The notes: generated by a model not told the origin, from the sequence alone. Positions 43,892-54,430 are shown, counted from the stretch's first letter. The stretch is DNA of 64,000 nt from Verrucomicrobiota bacterium (GCA_038214755.1 JBBQRQ010000003.1:1-64000), one strand, 5' to 3'. Program-made: numbers and translations.

Positions 43892-44707
43892 ATGTCTATC
43901 CCCGTCGTCAAACTGGATCGCGGCATTCACGCAATACATCTGTTTTATCGGATTGATCGCGTTCGCTGGACGCAATTACCGGCCGGCGAATCGCAAAGGA
44001 CCCGTGAAAAACTGGAGAAACTTTGCTCGGCGAATTCCGCCGTGTCGCATCCGCAATTGCGAAGTTACGCGACGGTCGGCGGCAAAGCAGACCTCGCATT
44101 TTTTCTCCTTGCCGCTGAGTTGGCGCAGATCAGCCAATTGCATCGCGATTTGGAAAATTGTTTTCCCGCCGGAACATTGGTTTCCGTTTTCAGTTATCTC
44201 AGCGTGACGGAGCTTTCCGAATACATGACGAGCGATGAGGAAAATCAGCGGATGCTTTTGCTCGAAGAAAAATTATTGCCCGACTCCGACGAATTCAAGA
44301 AACGCCTCGCCGAAATTCGCGACCGCATGGCCAAGTACGAACATTACCGGCTGTATCCAGAGTTGCCCGATTGGGAAGTGATGGGTTTTTATCCGATGAG
44401 CAAACGGCGCCTGGGAAATGACAATTGGTATTCTCAGGATTTCGCCACGCGCAAAAAATTGATGGCCGGACACGCGCGAGTCGGGCGAAAATTTTCCGGC
44501 CGCATTTCCCAACTCATTACCGGCTCGACGGGTCTCGACGATTGGGAATGGGGCGTCACTTTGATGGCCCATCAGGTCGACGCGCTCAAAGATATTGTTT
44601 ACGAAATGCGTTTCGATGAAGTGACCGCGCGCTTCGGCGACTTCGGGCCTTTCCACGTAAATCTGCGTTTGTCTCCCGAAGATTTGTGGGCGCATTTGCA
44701 TTTGTGA
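43892..44707 (+). CDS. chdC: Coproheme decarboxylase / chlorite dismutase family protein
   Basis: FYPMSKRR...NWY, M.GH..VGR, GSTGLDDWEWGVTL and VYEMRFDEV. Confidence 0.88.
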   Translation: MSIPVVKLDRGIHAIHLFYRIDRVRWTQLPAGESQRTREKLEKLCSANSAVSHPQLRSYATVGGKADLAFFLLAAELAQISQLHRDLENCFPAGTLVSVFSYLSVTELSEYMTSDEENQRMLLLEEKLLPDSDEFKKRLAEIRDRMAKYEHYRLYPELPDWEVMGFYPMSKRRLGNDNWYSQDFATRKKLMAGHARVGRKFSGRISQLITGSTGLDDWEWGVTLMAHQVDALKDIVYEMRFDEVTARFGDFGPFHVNLRLSPEDLWAHLHL

Positions 44708-44904
44708 AATTCTCAAAGGTGGAGCGGAATTCCCCCAAAGTAGCGCGAGACTCCGTCAAGCCCTGACATTTTCCTCCCGCGCAAAAATTTTAAGATTGAT
44801 CTGGACGAAATCGCGCTCCGCCGTTTTTTGCTAGCGGACAAAGCCTTCCTCATTCCTTGAGAATTGGTTTGCCCTGCGCGGGGAAATCGCGGTTTACTGG
44901 AGCG

Positions 44905-45942
44905 GTGATTGACGAGTTTGTCCCCGACATCGACATTCTAAATTCCGAAGGCGCAATCCAGCACCGGCTGCATCAGCGCGCGGCCAGTGTCGCCTTGGAG
45001 CAATTTGGCCGTCGCGTTTTTATCCGCGCCGTGGTCGAGATCTCGAATTTTTGCCGCGAGAATTGTTCTTACTGCGGGATGCGTCGGGACAATCGCACCC
45101 TCGCCCGCTTTCGGGCGCACCATGAACAAATCGCTCAACTGCTCATTCATCATCGGCCCAAAAGTGTGACCGATGTAAACATTCAAGCTGGCGAGGATCC
45201 GGTGGGGGTTCGCGAAATTGTCATCCCGCTGATCAGGACACTTCGCCGTGAAACCTCCCTCGGCATCAGCGTTTGTCTTGGCAGCCTGAATCCAATTCTT
45301 TACTCCGAACTGCAAGCGGCGGGCGCTTCCATTTATATCATCAAGTTTGAAATCGGAGATCCCGCCCATTACCGCGAAATGTTGGCGCCCGGAACCTATG
45401 CAGAACGAATTGAAAATATTCGTTATCTCGCCGGACACGGCTGGAAAGTCAGTTCCGGTTTTATCGCAGGATTGCCCGGCCAAACTGCAAATCGTCTGCT
45501 CGCTAATTTTAAATTGGCGCGTGAGTTGCCCCTTGATGGATGCAGTGTGAGTCCATTTATTCCCGGCGACGAAACGCCCTTGAGCACCGAGCCGACGGCC
45601 AGCATTGATTTGACTTTGAATTGCATGGCATCGCTTCGTTTGATGCGCCCGGACTGGGTCATTCCCGCCGTCAGCGCGTTGAATCTGGCGGAACCGGGAT
45701 GTGGCTATCAACGCGGGCTCCGCACTGGCGCAAATTTGGTCACGATTAACCTGACTCCATCGGAAATGCGGGACGATTATCTCCTCTACAAACGCGATCG
45801 GTTCATTATGACCGAGGAAAAAATTCTTTCCGCAATTTCTGCCGAAAGTTTGGTTCCATCGCAGCAAAGTCTCTCCGAATTTTATCGGGCGCAAAATCCG
45901 ACGGCGATTTTTTCCCGCCCATCCATCGCGGCTCTCGCCTAG
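44905..45942 (+). CDS. Radical SAM protein, HydE/PylB/BioB-like
   Basis: RAVVEISNFCRENCSYCGMR (CxxxCxxC), QAGED, SGFIAGLPGQT, PFIP...TPL and GAN....NLTP...R..Y.LY. Confidence 0.88.
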   Translation: MIDEFVPDIDILNSEGAIQHRLHQRAASVALEQFGRRVFIRAVVEISNFCRENCSYCGMRRDNRTLARFRAHHEQIAQLLIHHRPKSVTDVNIQAGEDPVGVREIVIPLIRTLRRETSLGISVCLGSLNPILYSELQAAGASIYIIKFEIGDPAHYREMLAPGTYAERIENIRYLAGHGWKVSSGFIAGLPGQTANRLLANFKLARELPLDGCSVSPFIPGDETPLSTEPTASIDLTLNCMASLRLMRPDWVIPAVSALNLAEPGCGYQRGLRTGANLVTINLTPSEMRDDYLLYKRDRFIMTEEKILSAISAESLVPSQQSLSEFYRAQNPTAIFSRPSIAALA

Positions 45943-45952
45943 CTGACTGTGA

Positions 45953-46049
45953 GGAGCGCGGACAGCCTTGTCCGCGCGAATTCAGAGGAATGAAAAACGC
46001 TTAGGTTTTCGTCTATTTCAAAACGCACAGACAAGGCTGTCCGCGCTCC
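45953..46049. repeat. REP-like doublet (GGAGCGCGGACAGCCTTGTC family)
   Basis: Inverted arms GGAGCGCGGACAGCCTTGTC and GACAAGGCTGTCCGCGCTCC. Confidence 0.88.
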
Positions 46050-46124
46050 ACTTGGTTTGGTCACGGCCCAGGATGCGTCCCGAATGAACGAGTGTGATTC
46101 AAACTGGCGGTCAGTTGCTCGGTT

Positions 46125-46275
46125 GTAGCGCAGGATTGCATCCTGCCGTATCGCAGGTTTTCAACCTGCGTGATGTCGCGAGAACGGGAGGCCTTCGGGA
46201 ACCAGAGACTTTTTATCGTTGCGACATTCAGCCGGTTTCAAACCGGCGATAGGGCTGGATGCAATCCTGCGCTAC
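46125..46275. repeat. GTAG REP doublet (GTAGCGCAGGATTGCATCC family)
   Basis: 19-bp perfect arms plus internal hairpins GCAGGTT..AACCTGC and GCCGGTTT.AAACCGGC. Confidence 0.88.
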
Positions 46276-46358
46276 GTTTGACCGCCACTTGAAATCACAC
46301 CCGGAATGAAGTGTCTTCTTTCTTTTTTGGTGGGAGGCATTTACCTTTTCGCAAAGCC

Positions 46359-46691
46359 ATGTTGCACGAAACCATTTCAAAAATCGAAGCCAAACTCCGA
46401 ACGGCCAATTCAATCAAGGAGGAACATCGATCAGAACTTCTCGGTCTCCTTTCCACTCTGAAAAATGAAGTCGGCGCTCTCTCGCGCACCCACGATGAGC
46501 AGGCGCAAAGCATTGCCGGTTTCGCCGAACTTTCCGCGCACGAAGCGACCCGCGCGAAAAAAGATCCAGAGTTATTGAAGGTTTCTCTGCAAGGACTCGC
46601 CTCCTCGGTGGATGGATTTGAGAAATCTCATCCAGAACTGGTGGGCATTGTGAATCGCATTTGCACGACGCTCTCGAACATGGGTATTTAA
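46359..46691 (+). CDS. DUF4404-like helical protein
   Basis: C-terminal FEKSHPEL..IVNRI...LSNMGI. Confidence 0.75.
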   Translation: MLHETISKIEAKLRTANSIKEEHRSELLGLLSTLKNEVGALSRTHDEQAQSIAGFAELSAHEATRAKKDPELLKVSLQGLASSVDGFEKSHPELVGIVNRICTTLSNMGI

Positions 46692-46724
46692 AAAAGAACC
46701 GCGGCAAAAGCCGCGGCTCCTTTT
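46692..46724. terminator. Probable bidirectional intrinsic terminator
   Basis: AAAAG-AACCGCGGC-AAAA-GCCGCGGCTC-CTTTT between convergent genes. Confidence 0.65.
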
Positions 46725-46781
46725 ACTAATTCACAACGCTGGAACAACGCCGAGTGGGTCAGGTTCCGCGACGCTTGGGAG

Positions 46782-47399
46782 TTATTTCACTTCGAGACGA
46801 TTATCGACAGAGGTAACGCCGGAAACCGCTTTGGCCTGCGTTTCGAGATTTTGTTTTTCAGTTTCACTGCGCACGGCGCCTTTCAACGTCACCTTTCCAT
46901 CCCGGGTGATGATGGTGATATTTTTGGCGGCGATAGAATTGTCCGTTCCCAGCGAGTTGACAATGGTCCGCCGAATATCCCGGGTGATTTGTCGATCAGC
47001 GTCAGACTTGCCTTGATCTTGAGCGGTCAACCCAGTGGATTTCGTATTCGCAGTGCCAGCGGCCTCGTCGATTTTTACTTGAGAATTGACCCCAGCTTTT
47101 GCCGCGTCAGCTTGCGCTTCGACTCGTTTCTTCTCTTCGTTGATCTGAGCTTTTTGCGCGTCGGACAATTCTTCGATTTGTTTTTTCTCGGCTTTGGCTT
47201 GCGCGTTTATTTGGGACTTCGCCTGATCGGAGGCCTGCTCAATATTTTTTTTCTCCTGATTCAGCGCTTCCTTTTGCGCATCTTTGGATTGCTCGATTTG
47301 ATCCTTCTCGGTCTTGGCCGACTCTTTCACTCCATTGTCCTGTTTATTGCAGCCCACGAGAGCCAATGAGGCTGTGGCTAGAACGATTATCTTTTTCAT
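46782..47399 (-). CDS. BON-domain lipoprotein
   Basis: MKKIIVLATASLALVGC lipobox; coiled region; D..IT..I and GKVTLKG.V...A..VSGV.SVDN.LEV. Confidence 0.9.
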   Translation of the reverse strand: MKKIIVLATASLALVGCNKQDNGVKESAKTEKDQIEQSKDAQKEALNQEKKNIEQASDQAKSQINAQAKAEKKQIEELSDAQKAQINEEKKRVEAQADAAKAGVNSQVKIDEAAGTANTKSTGLTAQDQGKSDADRQITRDIRRTIVNSLGTDNSIAAKNITIITRDGKVTLKGAVRSETEKQNLETQAKAVSGVTSVDNRLEVK

Positions 47400-47679
47400 G
47401 TTGCTCCTTTTTAAGTTATTTTGTTGCGACCTATTGATCATAGCATCACGGCGAGAAACGATTCGGTTCAAGAGGCGAAGCCCTGTTTTTTTATCGGGGA
47501 GAAAACTGACAGGGCGATGAGCAACACGGCGTCAGTCGATTGTATTTGTTTTTAGCCATTGCGAGACGACGCGAAAATTGAAGCAGCCAAAAGCGGGTTC
47601 CGGCTCCAACTCACTGAATCAAGAAACAGAACTATGGCGATCCCCGGGTGTTGAGTTCGCTCGAAGAATTTGAAACGCG

Positions 47680-50600
47680 CTATTTTGCCGTGACAATCTC
47701 CAGCGTCTCCTCGCGGGTGTGCGGCGCGTCTTCTTCCGCTTCGATGGAATCGCTCGCGGTCATGTTGACCAGCGACATCGCCGTGTGATCGGTTACGTCT
47801 TTTTCCGCTTTATGGAATTTCACACTCACGATTTTGCTCACGCCATGTTCCTGCATCGTCACGCCATACAAAACGTCCGCCATGCCGATCGTGCGTTTGT
47901 TGTGGGTGATGATGACGAATTGTGAGTGCGCGAGGAAACGTTGCAGCACGCGCACAAACCGATTGATGTTTGATTCGTCGAGTGGCGCGTCCAATTCGTC
48001 GAGCACGCAGAACGGGCTGGGCTTCACCTGGTAAATCGAGAAGAGCAGCGCGACGGCGGTCATCGTTTGTTCGCCCCCGGACAAAAGTGAAATGGTCTGC
48101 AATTGTTTCCCCGGAGGACGCGCCACGATGTCGATGCCGCTTTCCAAAACATCACCTTCATTCACAAGAATCAAATCCGCTTTTCCACCGCCGAAAATTT
48201 CGGTGAACAACAACCGGAAGTTGTCGCGGATTTTCTCAAACGTCTCCGCGAACATCTCCTGCGTCTGCGTGTTGATGCGATTGATCACTTCGAGCAATTG
48301 TGTTTTTGCCTGGGTCAAGTCGTCGTGTTGCGTGGTGAGGAAGGTGTGGCGCTGTTCGGTTTCTTCGTATTCTTCAATCGCGACAAGATTCACCGGCCCC
48401 ATTTCCTCAATCCGTTTTTGTAACGCGCTGACTTGCTCGGCGACCGCATTCCAATCCGTCGAAGCGCCGTGCGCCGCCATTTCTTCTGGAGTGAGCGTAT
48501 GAATTTTCGCTGCGCCTTCATCGGCGAAAGTAATCGTGATGCACTCGCTGCGAACGTCGTCGAGATTCACCTGATATTTTTGCTGAACTCGTTCGCGCAA
48601 ATTTTGCACCGACATATTTTTCTGCGCCAACTCCACTTCGAGGGAGCCCCGCTGCTGTTGAATTTCACTCAGGCGTCGGCGTTGCTCGCGCAAATTTTCT
48701 TCACGCGTCGAAACTTCGTTGTCCTCCGTTTCCTTCTGTCCCATCAACTCGGCGGCTTGCGTGTTCACTTGATCGCGGTCGTGTTGCAACGAATCAATCT
48801 TCTGACGCGACTCAGCAATTTCCGATTCCGCCTGCGCTTTGCGATTTAGAAACGAAGCGATTTCATTTCGACGCTGCTCGGCGAGATGAGTCAGTTCGCG
48901 AATTCGATTTTCCAATGGCTGTTTCTGATTGCGGAATGACGAACAAAGTTGTTCCTCCGTCGCGAGCGCGACTTTGGTTTCCGTCAAAGCGGTGTTCGCC
49001 GCGTCTCGCTGCTGCCTCAATTGTTCCAGCGCGGCATTAAATTCATTCACCTGCGCCTGGAGTTCGCGCTCGCGATTTTCGAAATCGCCAATTTGCGACG
49101 CCAATGCTTCGCGCTTCTGATTACCTTCCTGCTCCTGCGCTGCGAGACTCGTCACTTCGTAAACCACCGTGTCGATTTTCTGGTGCAACACGCGTTGTGA
49201 ATTTTGCAGCGCGTTGAATTCGCCCTGCCGCGTCGCAATCGCCACTTCCTGCGTGCGCAAATCCGTTTGCGCCTGCTGCAAGCTCGCCTGCAACTCGGTC
49301 TGTTCGTTGAGCAACGCGCCTTTGTTGCGGCTGATTTCATTGACCTGTTCTTGCAGTGCGCTCGCCGCAGTTTGCAACTCGGCGATTTGATTTTTGCGTC
49401 CGAGAATCGACGACGCATTTCCAGAACCGTTGCCGTTCGCATTTCCGCCCGTGAAAATTCCGTGGCGATTGAGCAACTCGCCGGTTTGTGTAACGAAATC
49501 AAACGCGCCATTGCTCTCGCGAAAAGCGGAAATGGCCGTGGCTAAATCAGGAACAATCAAAGTCTCTCCGAGCAAACGTTGGAGCAGAGGTTGAATAGAA
49601 GGATCGGCTTCGATGATCCGTAGGGCAGACATTCCTGTCTGCCGGTGCGCGGGACTTCCTAGTCCCGCGTTTTCAGATGGCGCCGTCTCGGAACTGGAGA
49701 CTAGGGAGTCTCCCCCACCGGCAGGCTGGAAAGCCTGCCCTACGAGTCCGAGCGCCGCAATGCTCGCGCGACCTTTTTTGTTCGCGCTCAAATCCGTCAG
49801 AATTTGCTGCGCGGATTCCGGTTGCTCGGTGAGAACCAGTTGAAGGTTGTGGCCAAGTGCGGCTTCGACCGCGACGACATATTCGTTGGGGACTTTGATT
49901 TTGTCTGCGAGCGAGCCGAGAACATTTTGCGCGGTCTTCAAAGCAGCCAAAGTTCCCGCGCTGAAACCTTCATGCGATTCATTCAGTTGTTCGAGCACAT
50001 TGAGCCGCGAACGCTTTTCCGCTTGCTGGCGCAAAACATCGTCAAGCCGTTGCGTGATCTGCGTCAGTTCGATTTGAATTTCCTTCAGACGTTCTTGGCG
50101 TTGTTCGACGGTGCCGCGCTGCGTTTGCACGCTGAGTTTCTCCGCCTCAACATTCGTCGCAAATTCATGCAAGCGCGTTTCGAGGCGTGTGCGTTCTTCT
50201 TCCAACTGAATTTTTTCCGCGGAAAGTTTTTCGAGCCGAACGACGTTGCCTTGCTTCTGCATGTCGAGCGCATTGATTTCGTTGCGGACGCGCGTGAGTT
50301 GTTGCGCGGCGGCGAACAAATCCGACTGCGCTTTGCGAATCGCTTCCTGTTTTGCCGACAATTCACTCTCAACACCTGTGAGCGCAGTACGTTTTGTTTC
50401 CAGATTTTGTTTCTGTTGTTCCAGCGCACTTTGCGACGCCGTCAATTTCTCGGTGACGACCGCGAGTTCCTGTTCCGCCGCGAACCGCCGCTCCTCGGAT
50501 TGCGTGATTTCCGTCAGCGCCTTGTGATTCTGCGATTCGAATTCCCGCAAACGTTCCTCATTGAAATGAATCCGGCTCTCGTGCCGATCAATCTGGCTCT

Positions 50601-51498
50601 TCAATTCCAACCCGCGTTGCTGCGTCTGATTGATCTGCTGCTCCAATTCGGAAAGGCGTTCCCGCAATTGCGCGATTTCATTTTCGCCTCGCAAAACACT
50701 TTCGGAACAAACCTCGATTTCCACGCGCAATTTTTCCACCGACAACTGCCGCTCGCTGATTTCACCCTGCAAAACATCGAACTGATGCCGCGCCAGTTGC
50801 GTGTCGAGATGCTGCAATTCCTGCGCGAGTTGTTTGTAGCGTTTCGCCTTGCCCGCCTGCCGTTGCAACGAACCGATCTGCCGCTTCACTTCGCGAATCA
50901 AATCCGCCACGCGCAAAAGATTTTGGTCGGTGCTTTCCAATTTGCGCAGCGCCTCTTTTTTCTGCGACTTGAACTTCGTGATACCCGCCGCTTCCTCGAA
51001 AACCATCCGGCGATCATCCGGTTTGCTGGAAAGAATCTGCGTAATATTTCCCTGCGCCATGATGCTGTAACTCGTCCGCCCGACGCCCGTGCCCATGAAA
51101 AGTTGCTGAACATCCTTGAGGCGGCACGGCGTTTTGTTGATGAAATATTCGCTGCCGCCATCGCGAAAAACGCGCCGCGTCAAAGTCACTTCGTCGTAAG
51201 CCACCTCCACACCCGCTGTCGTCAGATGTTCGCCATCGACGCCCCCAATCGTCAGGGAAACTTCCGCCATGCCGAGCGGCTTGCGACCGTCCGTGCCGTT
51301 GAAAATCACGTCCGCCATTTCGCCGCCGCGCAACGCCTTGGCCGATTGCTCGCCCAGCACCCAGCGAATCGCGTCCGAAACATTCGATTTGCCACAGCCA
51401 TTCGGCCCGACAATCGCGGTGACGCCGGGCTGGAAATTGAGGGAAGTTTTGTCCGCAAACGACTTGAAACCGAGCACGGTCAAATTCTTCAGATACAT
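47680..51498 (-). CDS. smc: Chromosome segregation protein SMC
   Basis: GFKSFAD, GPNGCGKSN, coiled coils, hinge, LSGGE and LDELDAPLD. ATG at 51498. Confidence 0.98.
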   Translation of the reverse strand: MYLKNLTVLGFKSFADKTSLNFQPGVTAIVGPNGCGKSNVSDAIRWVLGEQSAKALRGGEMADVIFNGTDGRKPLGMAEVSLTIGGVDGEHLTTAGVEVAYDEVTLTRRVFRDGGSEYFINKTPCRLKDVQQLFMGTGVGRTSYSIMAQGNITQILSSKPDDRRMVFEEAAGITKFKSQKKEALRKLESTDQNLLRVADLIREVKRQIGSLQRQAGKAKRYKQLAQELQHLDTQLARHQFDVLQGEISERQLSVEKLRVEIEVCSESVLRGENEIAQLRERLSELEQQINQTQQRGLELKSQIDRHESRIHFNEERLREFESQNHKALTEITQSEERRFAAEQELAVVTEKLTASQSALEQQKQNLETKRTALTGVESELSAKQEAIRKAQSDLFAAAQQLTRVRNEINALDMQKQGNVVRLEKLSAEKIQLEEERTRLETRLHEFATNVEAEKLSVQTQRGTVEQRQERLKEIQIELTQITQRLDDVLRQQAEKRSRLNVLEQLNESHEGFSAGTLAALKTAQNVLGSLADKIKVPNEYVVAVEAALGHNLQLVLTEQPESAQQILTDLSANKKGRASIAALGLVGQAFQPAGGGDSLVSSSETAPSENAGLGSPAHRQTGMSALRIIEADPSIQPLLQRLLGETLIVPDLATAISAFRESNGAFDFVTQTGELLNRHGIFTGGNANGNGSGNASSILGRKNQIAELQTAASALQEQVNEISRNKGALLNEQTELQASLQQAQTDLRTQEVAIATRQGEFNALQNSQRVLHQKIDTVVYEVTSLAAQEQEGNQKREALASQIGDFENRERELQAQVNEFNAALEQLRQQRDAANTALTETKVALATEEQLCSSFRNQKQPLENRIRELTHLAEQRRNEIASFLNRKAQAESEIAESRQKIDSLQHDRDQVNTQAAELMGQKETEDNEVSTREENLREQRRRLSEIQQQRGSLEVELAQKNMSVQNLRERVQQKYQVNLDDVRSECITITFADEGAAKIHTLTPEEMAAHGASTDWNAVAEQVSALQKRIEEMGPVNLVAIEEYEETEQRHTFLTTQHDDLTQAKTQLLEVINRINTQTQEMFAETFEKIRDNFRLLFTEIFGGGKADLILVNEGDVLESGIDIVARPPGKQLQTISLLSGGEQTMTAVALLFSIYQVKPSPFCVLDELDAPLDESNINRFVRVLQRFLAHSQFVIITHNKRTIGMADVLYGVTMQEHGVSKIVSVKFHKAEKDVTDHTAMSLVNMTASDSIEAEEDAPHTREETLEIVTAK
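49619..49744. repeat. 126-bp GTAG REP doublet translated in frame within the SMC hinge
   Basis: CGTAGGGCAG...CTGCCCTACG with four internal hairpins. Encodes VGQAFQPAGG...QTGMSALR. Confidence 0.92.
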
Positions 51499-51692
51499 GG
51501 CGAATAAGAAGCCAAAATCGCGAAATAAAGTAAAGTGAAAAACACCATATGAAGGGGTAAGTTGGTTGGAAACGCACAAGTAATGGGCAATTCTCCCAGT
51601 GGCTTAAAAAGCTTCTTCTTTTTCGCACTCGACAAGAACAGCACCCAACACGCTAATCTTGTCTCAAGATATTCAATTCCCCCAACGACGTT

Positions 51693-52688
51693 ATGGCCAT
51701 CGTTCAGAAATATCCACGAATCGACGAACCGGATAAATACGCTGGTTATCTTGACGACAGGAAACTAGTTTCCCATACGGAAACTCTCGAAGAAGACGTT
51801 CTGAAAAAAATCATTGAGCGTTCAGTTGATTACGCCAGTAAAAAATCGAGTCGCGCCATTCTCGAAATCCCAGAGAAAGCCACGGATGAACAAGTACGCG
51901 AAATATATCTTAAAGAGGGAGAATCTCTTCTGATTTATTTCCGGAAGTATTGTGGCGACCCCGCTTCAACGGCCTATGAGTGTCATGGACGGCACTTTTC
52001 CGAAATAGCGAAAGAACAGTTTCACAGTCGGACGCTTCAAAAAGAGCGAATGAACTCTGGTTGGCGTTACCAGCGCATAGCTTACCAATGCGCTGAGGCA
52101 TCTAAGCGCTTCAAATCAGTTTCTGATATCGGTGCCATTGAAGCAGATTTTAATATGACGGTAGAAACGGTGGACTGTCCCGGAATTCCTGTTGTGAATA
52201 TTTACATTTCGGTGAAAAATCGTACGAATACGCTCGGTGGACAGGATTGGCCGAAGGCGATCTACGCACTTGAAGAGGTCGCCTAGAGCGACAAAAACCG
52301 AAGCGGTCCCTACCTTTGTGTTTTTGGTATTGCTATGGAACACGGTCAACGAAATATCAAAAGGAAGCGTAAAACCAAACAGCCCTATTCATTCAACACA
52401 GAGATTTGGCTGTCAGATTTCTTATGGCCATTTGTGGCGAATTATCCTTATGAAGCAATGATGCTCGCTGTGTCAGACTTTTTTGCCGAACAAGGTGTTA
52501 CGATAGAAAACCGAACAATCGGGGTTCCAGTTCCCGACGTATTGATTGAATCTTTTGGCGAAGAATGTCGCAAGCTCGGTCTGGTGGACGGGGAAGGTAA
52601 ATTTAATGATCGGCGAAAGCTGGTAACTTTCTTCTGTACGAAGGCGCAAAAAGCGCTCAGAGTTAAGAAGGCGAAATCACCGACATGA
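51693..52688 (+). pseudogene. Putative type II restriction endonuclease with in-frame TAG at 52284-52286
   Basis: ORFs 51693-52286 and 52335-52688 share a frame (EEVA*SDKNRSGPYLCVFGIAM). Has an EADF...ISVKNR nuclease-like motif and overlaps the methylase start. Confidence 0.7.
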
Positions 52689-53644
52689 ACAAAAATTCCA
52701 ACGGTCATATGCAGGATTGCCGCATTGTCTGCGGTGATAGTCGGTTGGAAATGATTCCATTAAAGAGCCAGGTTGACCTCATAGTAACTTCGCCTCCTTA
52801 CGCCGATGCACGGCGGAGTCACTACGACAGTATTCATCCTGACCAGTTCAAAAATTGGTTTCTCACTTTCCACGAACCATTCTTTGAAGCACTCAAACCA
52901 GAAGGTAGTCTGGTTATCAATATTAAGGACAAAGTCGTTGAGGGTGTCCGGCATCGTTATGTTTGGCGCACGATTGAAGCTCTTTGTGAGAAAGGCTGGT
53001 TTGCTATCGATGATTACATTTGGAGGAAACCGAATCCTATGCCGGGATATTGGCCGACTCGCATGAGAGACGGTTGGGAGTATTGCTTCCATCTAGCAAA
53101 GTCAAAGCGACCCTACATGAATCAGGATGCAGTCCGAATCGCCGTAGGTGACTGGGTAACATCACGCCTCGCAAAGCTTGGAGAGAATGATTTGTCCCGA
53201 CATAATTCAGCAAATAAAAGCGGATTTGGTCGTGATCTTTCTCGGTGGGTCGGGAAACAAACCGTTTTACCTCCGAATGTAATAAGCGCAGCTTTGGTGG
53301 GAAAAAACAAAGGTCATCCAGCCGTCTTTCCAGTCGATTTACCGGCATTCTTCATCAAGCTGCTTTGCCCTGAAAATGGGTTGGTTGTTGATCCATTCGG
53401 CGGAAGCGGAACCACCGGTATAGCTGCTCTGGCACTTTCGCGCCGATGTGTTTTGATAGATAACAACCAAGAATATTGCCGAGTGGCAAAGGAAAGGCTC
53501 AAAAAAGAAGCCGCTGCGCTCCCCGGAGAAATAGTCATTACCAAAAATTCTCTTTATCCACATTGTGGCGTGCCAGTGCCGGATGATCCTGCAAAACAAA
53601 TCGCCTTCTTTGAGAAACCGCCGAAATACCGAATCAAAAAATAG
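52685..53644 (+). CDS. DNA amino-methyltransferase (N4-C/N6-A, beta class)
   Basis: Motif IV TSPPY precedes HPAVFP and motif I VDPFGGSGTT. Confidence 0.93.
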   Translation: MNKNSNGHMQDCRIVCGDSRLEMIPLKSQVDLIVTSPPYADARRSHYDSIHPDQFKNWFLTFHEPFFEALKPEGSLVINIKDKVVEGVRHRYVWRTIEALCEKGWFAIDDYIWRKPNPMPGYWPTRMRDGWEYCFHLAKSKRPYMNQDAVRIAVGDWVTSRLAKLGENDLSRHNSANKSGFGRDLSRWVGKQTVLPPNVISAALVGKNKGHPAVFPVDLPAFFIKLLCPENGLVVDPFGGSGTTGIAALALSRRCVLIDNNQEYCRVAKERLKKEAAALPGEIVITKNSLYPHCGVPVPDDPAKQIAFFEKPPKYRIKK

Positions 53645-53660
53645 GTTCAGAGTGCGGTTC

Positions 53661-54150
53661 GGTTACGAAGGAACATCTGATGATACCGCGGCGTTTTGAT
53701 GATCTCTTCCGGTTCGGGGCGATGATTGTATCGAGTTGCGAAACGCTGACGCTGAATGCGCCATACTTTTCCTGCCACGCAAATAATCTTTGGTCAGGAA
53801 AATTTTCGTGAATCCATTTCGAGGAACCGCCTTTGATGAGTTGCATGGCTTTGGCGATGGGCATGGTGGCGGGCAGCGAGAGAAGAATATGCACATGATC
53901 TGCAGCTCCGCCGATTTCCATGGCGCGCATTTTATTTTGCCGCGCGATGCCGCCAAGAAATGGCCAAAGTCGTTCTCTTAATTGCGCAGTGATGAGTGGA
54001 CGGCGTTCTTTGGTGCTGAAAACGCAATGGTGATACGAACTCACGTAGGACATGGCGATATTTCTGCCGTCCCTTCGGGACTTGTCACGTTGGAATTCCA
54101 ACCCGGCGTTGAAACGCCGAGCTATTTGCGGAACGTCCCTTCGGGACGGG
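53661..54150 (-). mobile_element. tnpA: IS200/RAYT-like HUH transposase remnant with flanking hairpins (ATG 54053, 3' end deleted)
   Basis: HCVFSTK.R.P, DHVH (HUH), KGGSSKWI and WQ.KYGAFSVS. Degenerates before YI.NQ. Hairpin repeats at 54060-54150 and a remnant at 53661-53685. Confidence 0.88.
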
Positions 54151-54169
54151 GAATGATGCGCGAGTGTTG

Positions 54170-54430
54170 TCGAGAATTTTACATCCATTTGTTTCTGAAA
54201 AGGCTCCACCAGTTTCAGTTTGGAATCTTACCGCTGTTCCGAAGGAACATCTGACCATAGCCCGGCGTTTGAACGCCGGGTTTCATGCGCCAAGATGCCG
54301 AGTCCCGAGGGGACGGCTGAAATCAACTTCACCAATAATATCCCGTTGTCTTTCATCTCGTGATTTTTTGACCACGACGTGAACTCCTTCGAAAATTTTA
54401 TCGATGATGTTGTGCCCGGTTCAGGAACAT
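54170..54430 (-). repeat. Decayed tnpA 3' end plus hairpin unit, copy 1 of an approximately 250-bp direct repeat
   Basis: Aligns by eye with 57070-57317. Minus strand encodes EFTSWSKNHEMK, resembling a tnpA C-terminus. Confidence 0.75.

Noticed and set aside
49804..51507. Long antisense ORFs (567 aa opposite smc; also 28942-30198, 44938-45894, 61829-62974) and the alternate-frame ORF 7231-8286
   Set aside because: They fully overlap well-supported genes and show no motifs; they are shadow ORFs of codon bias.
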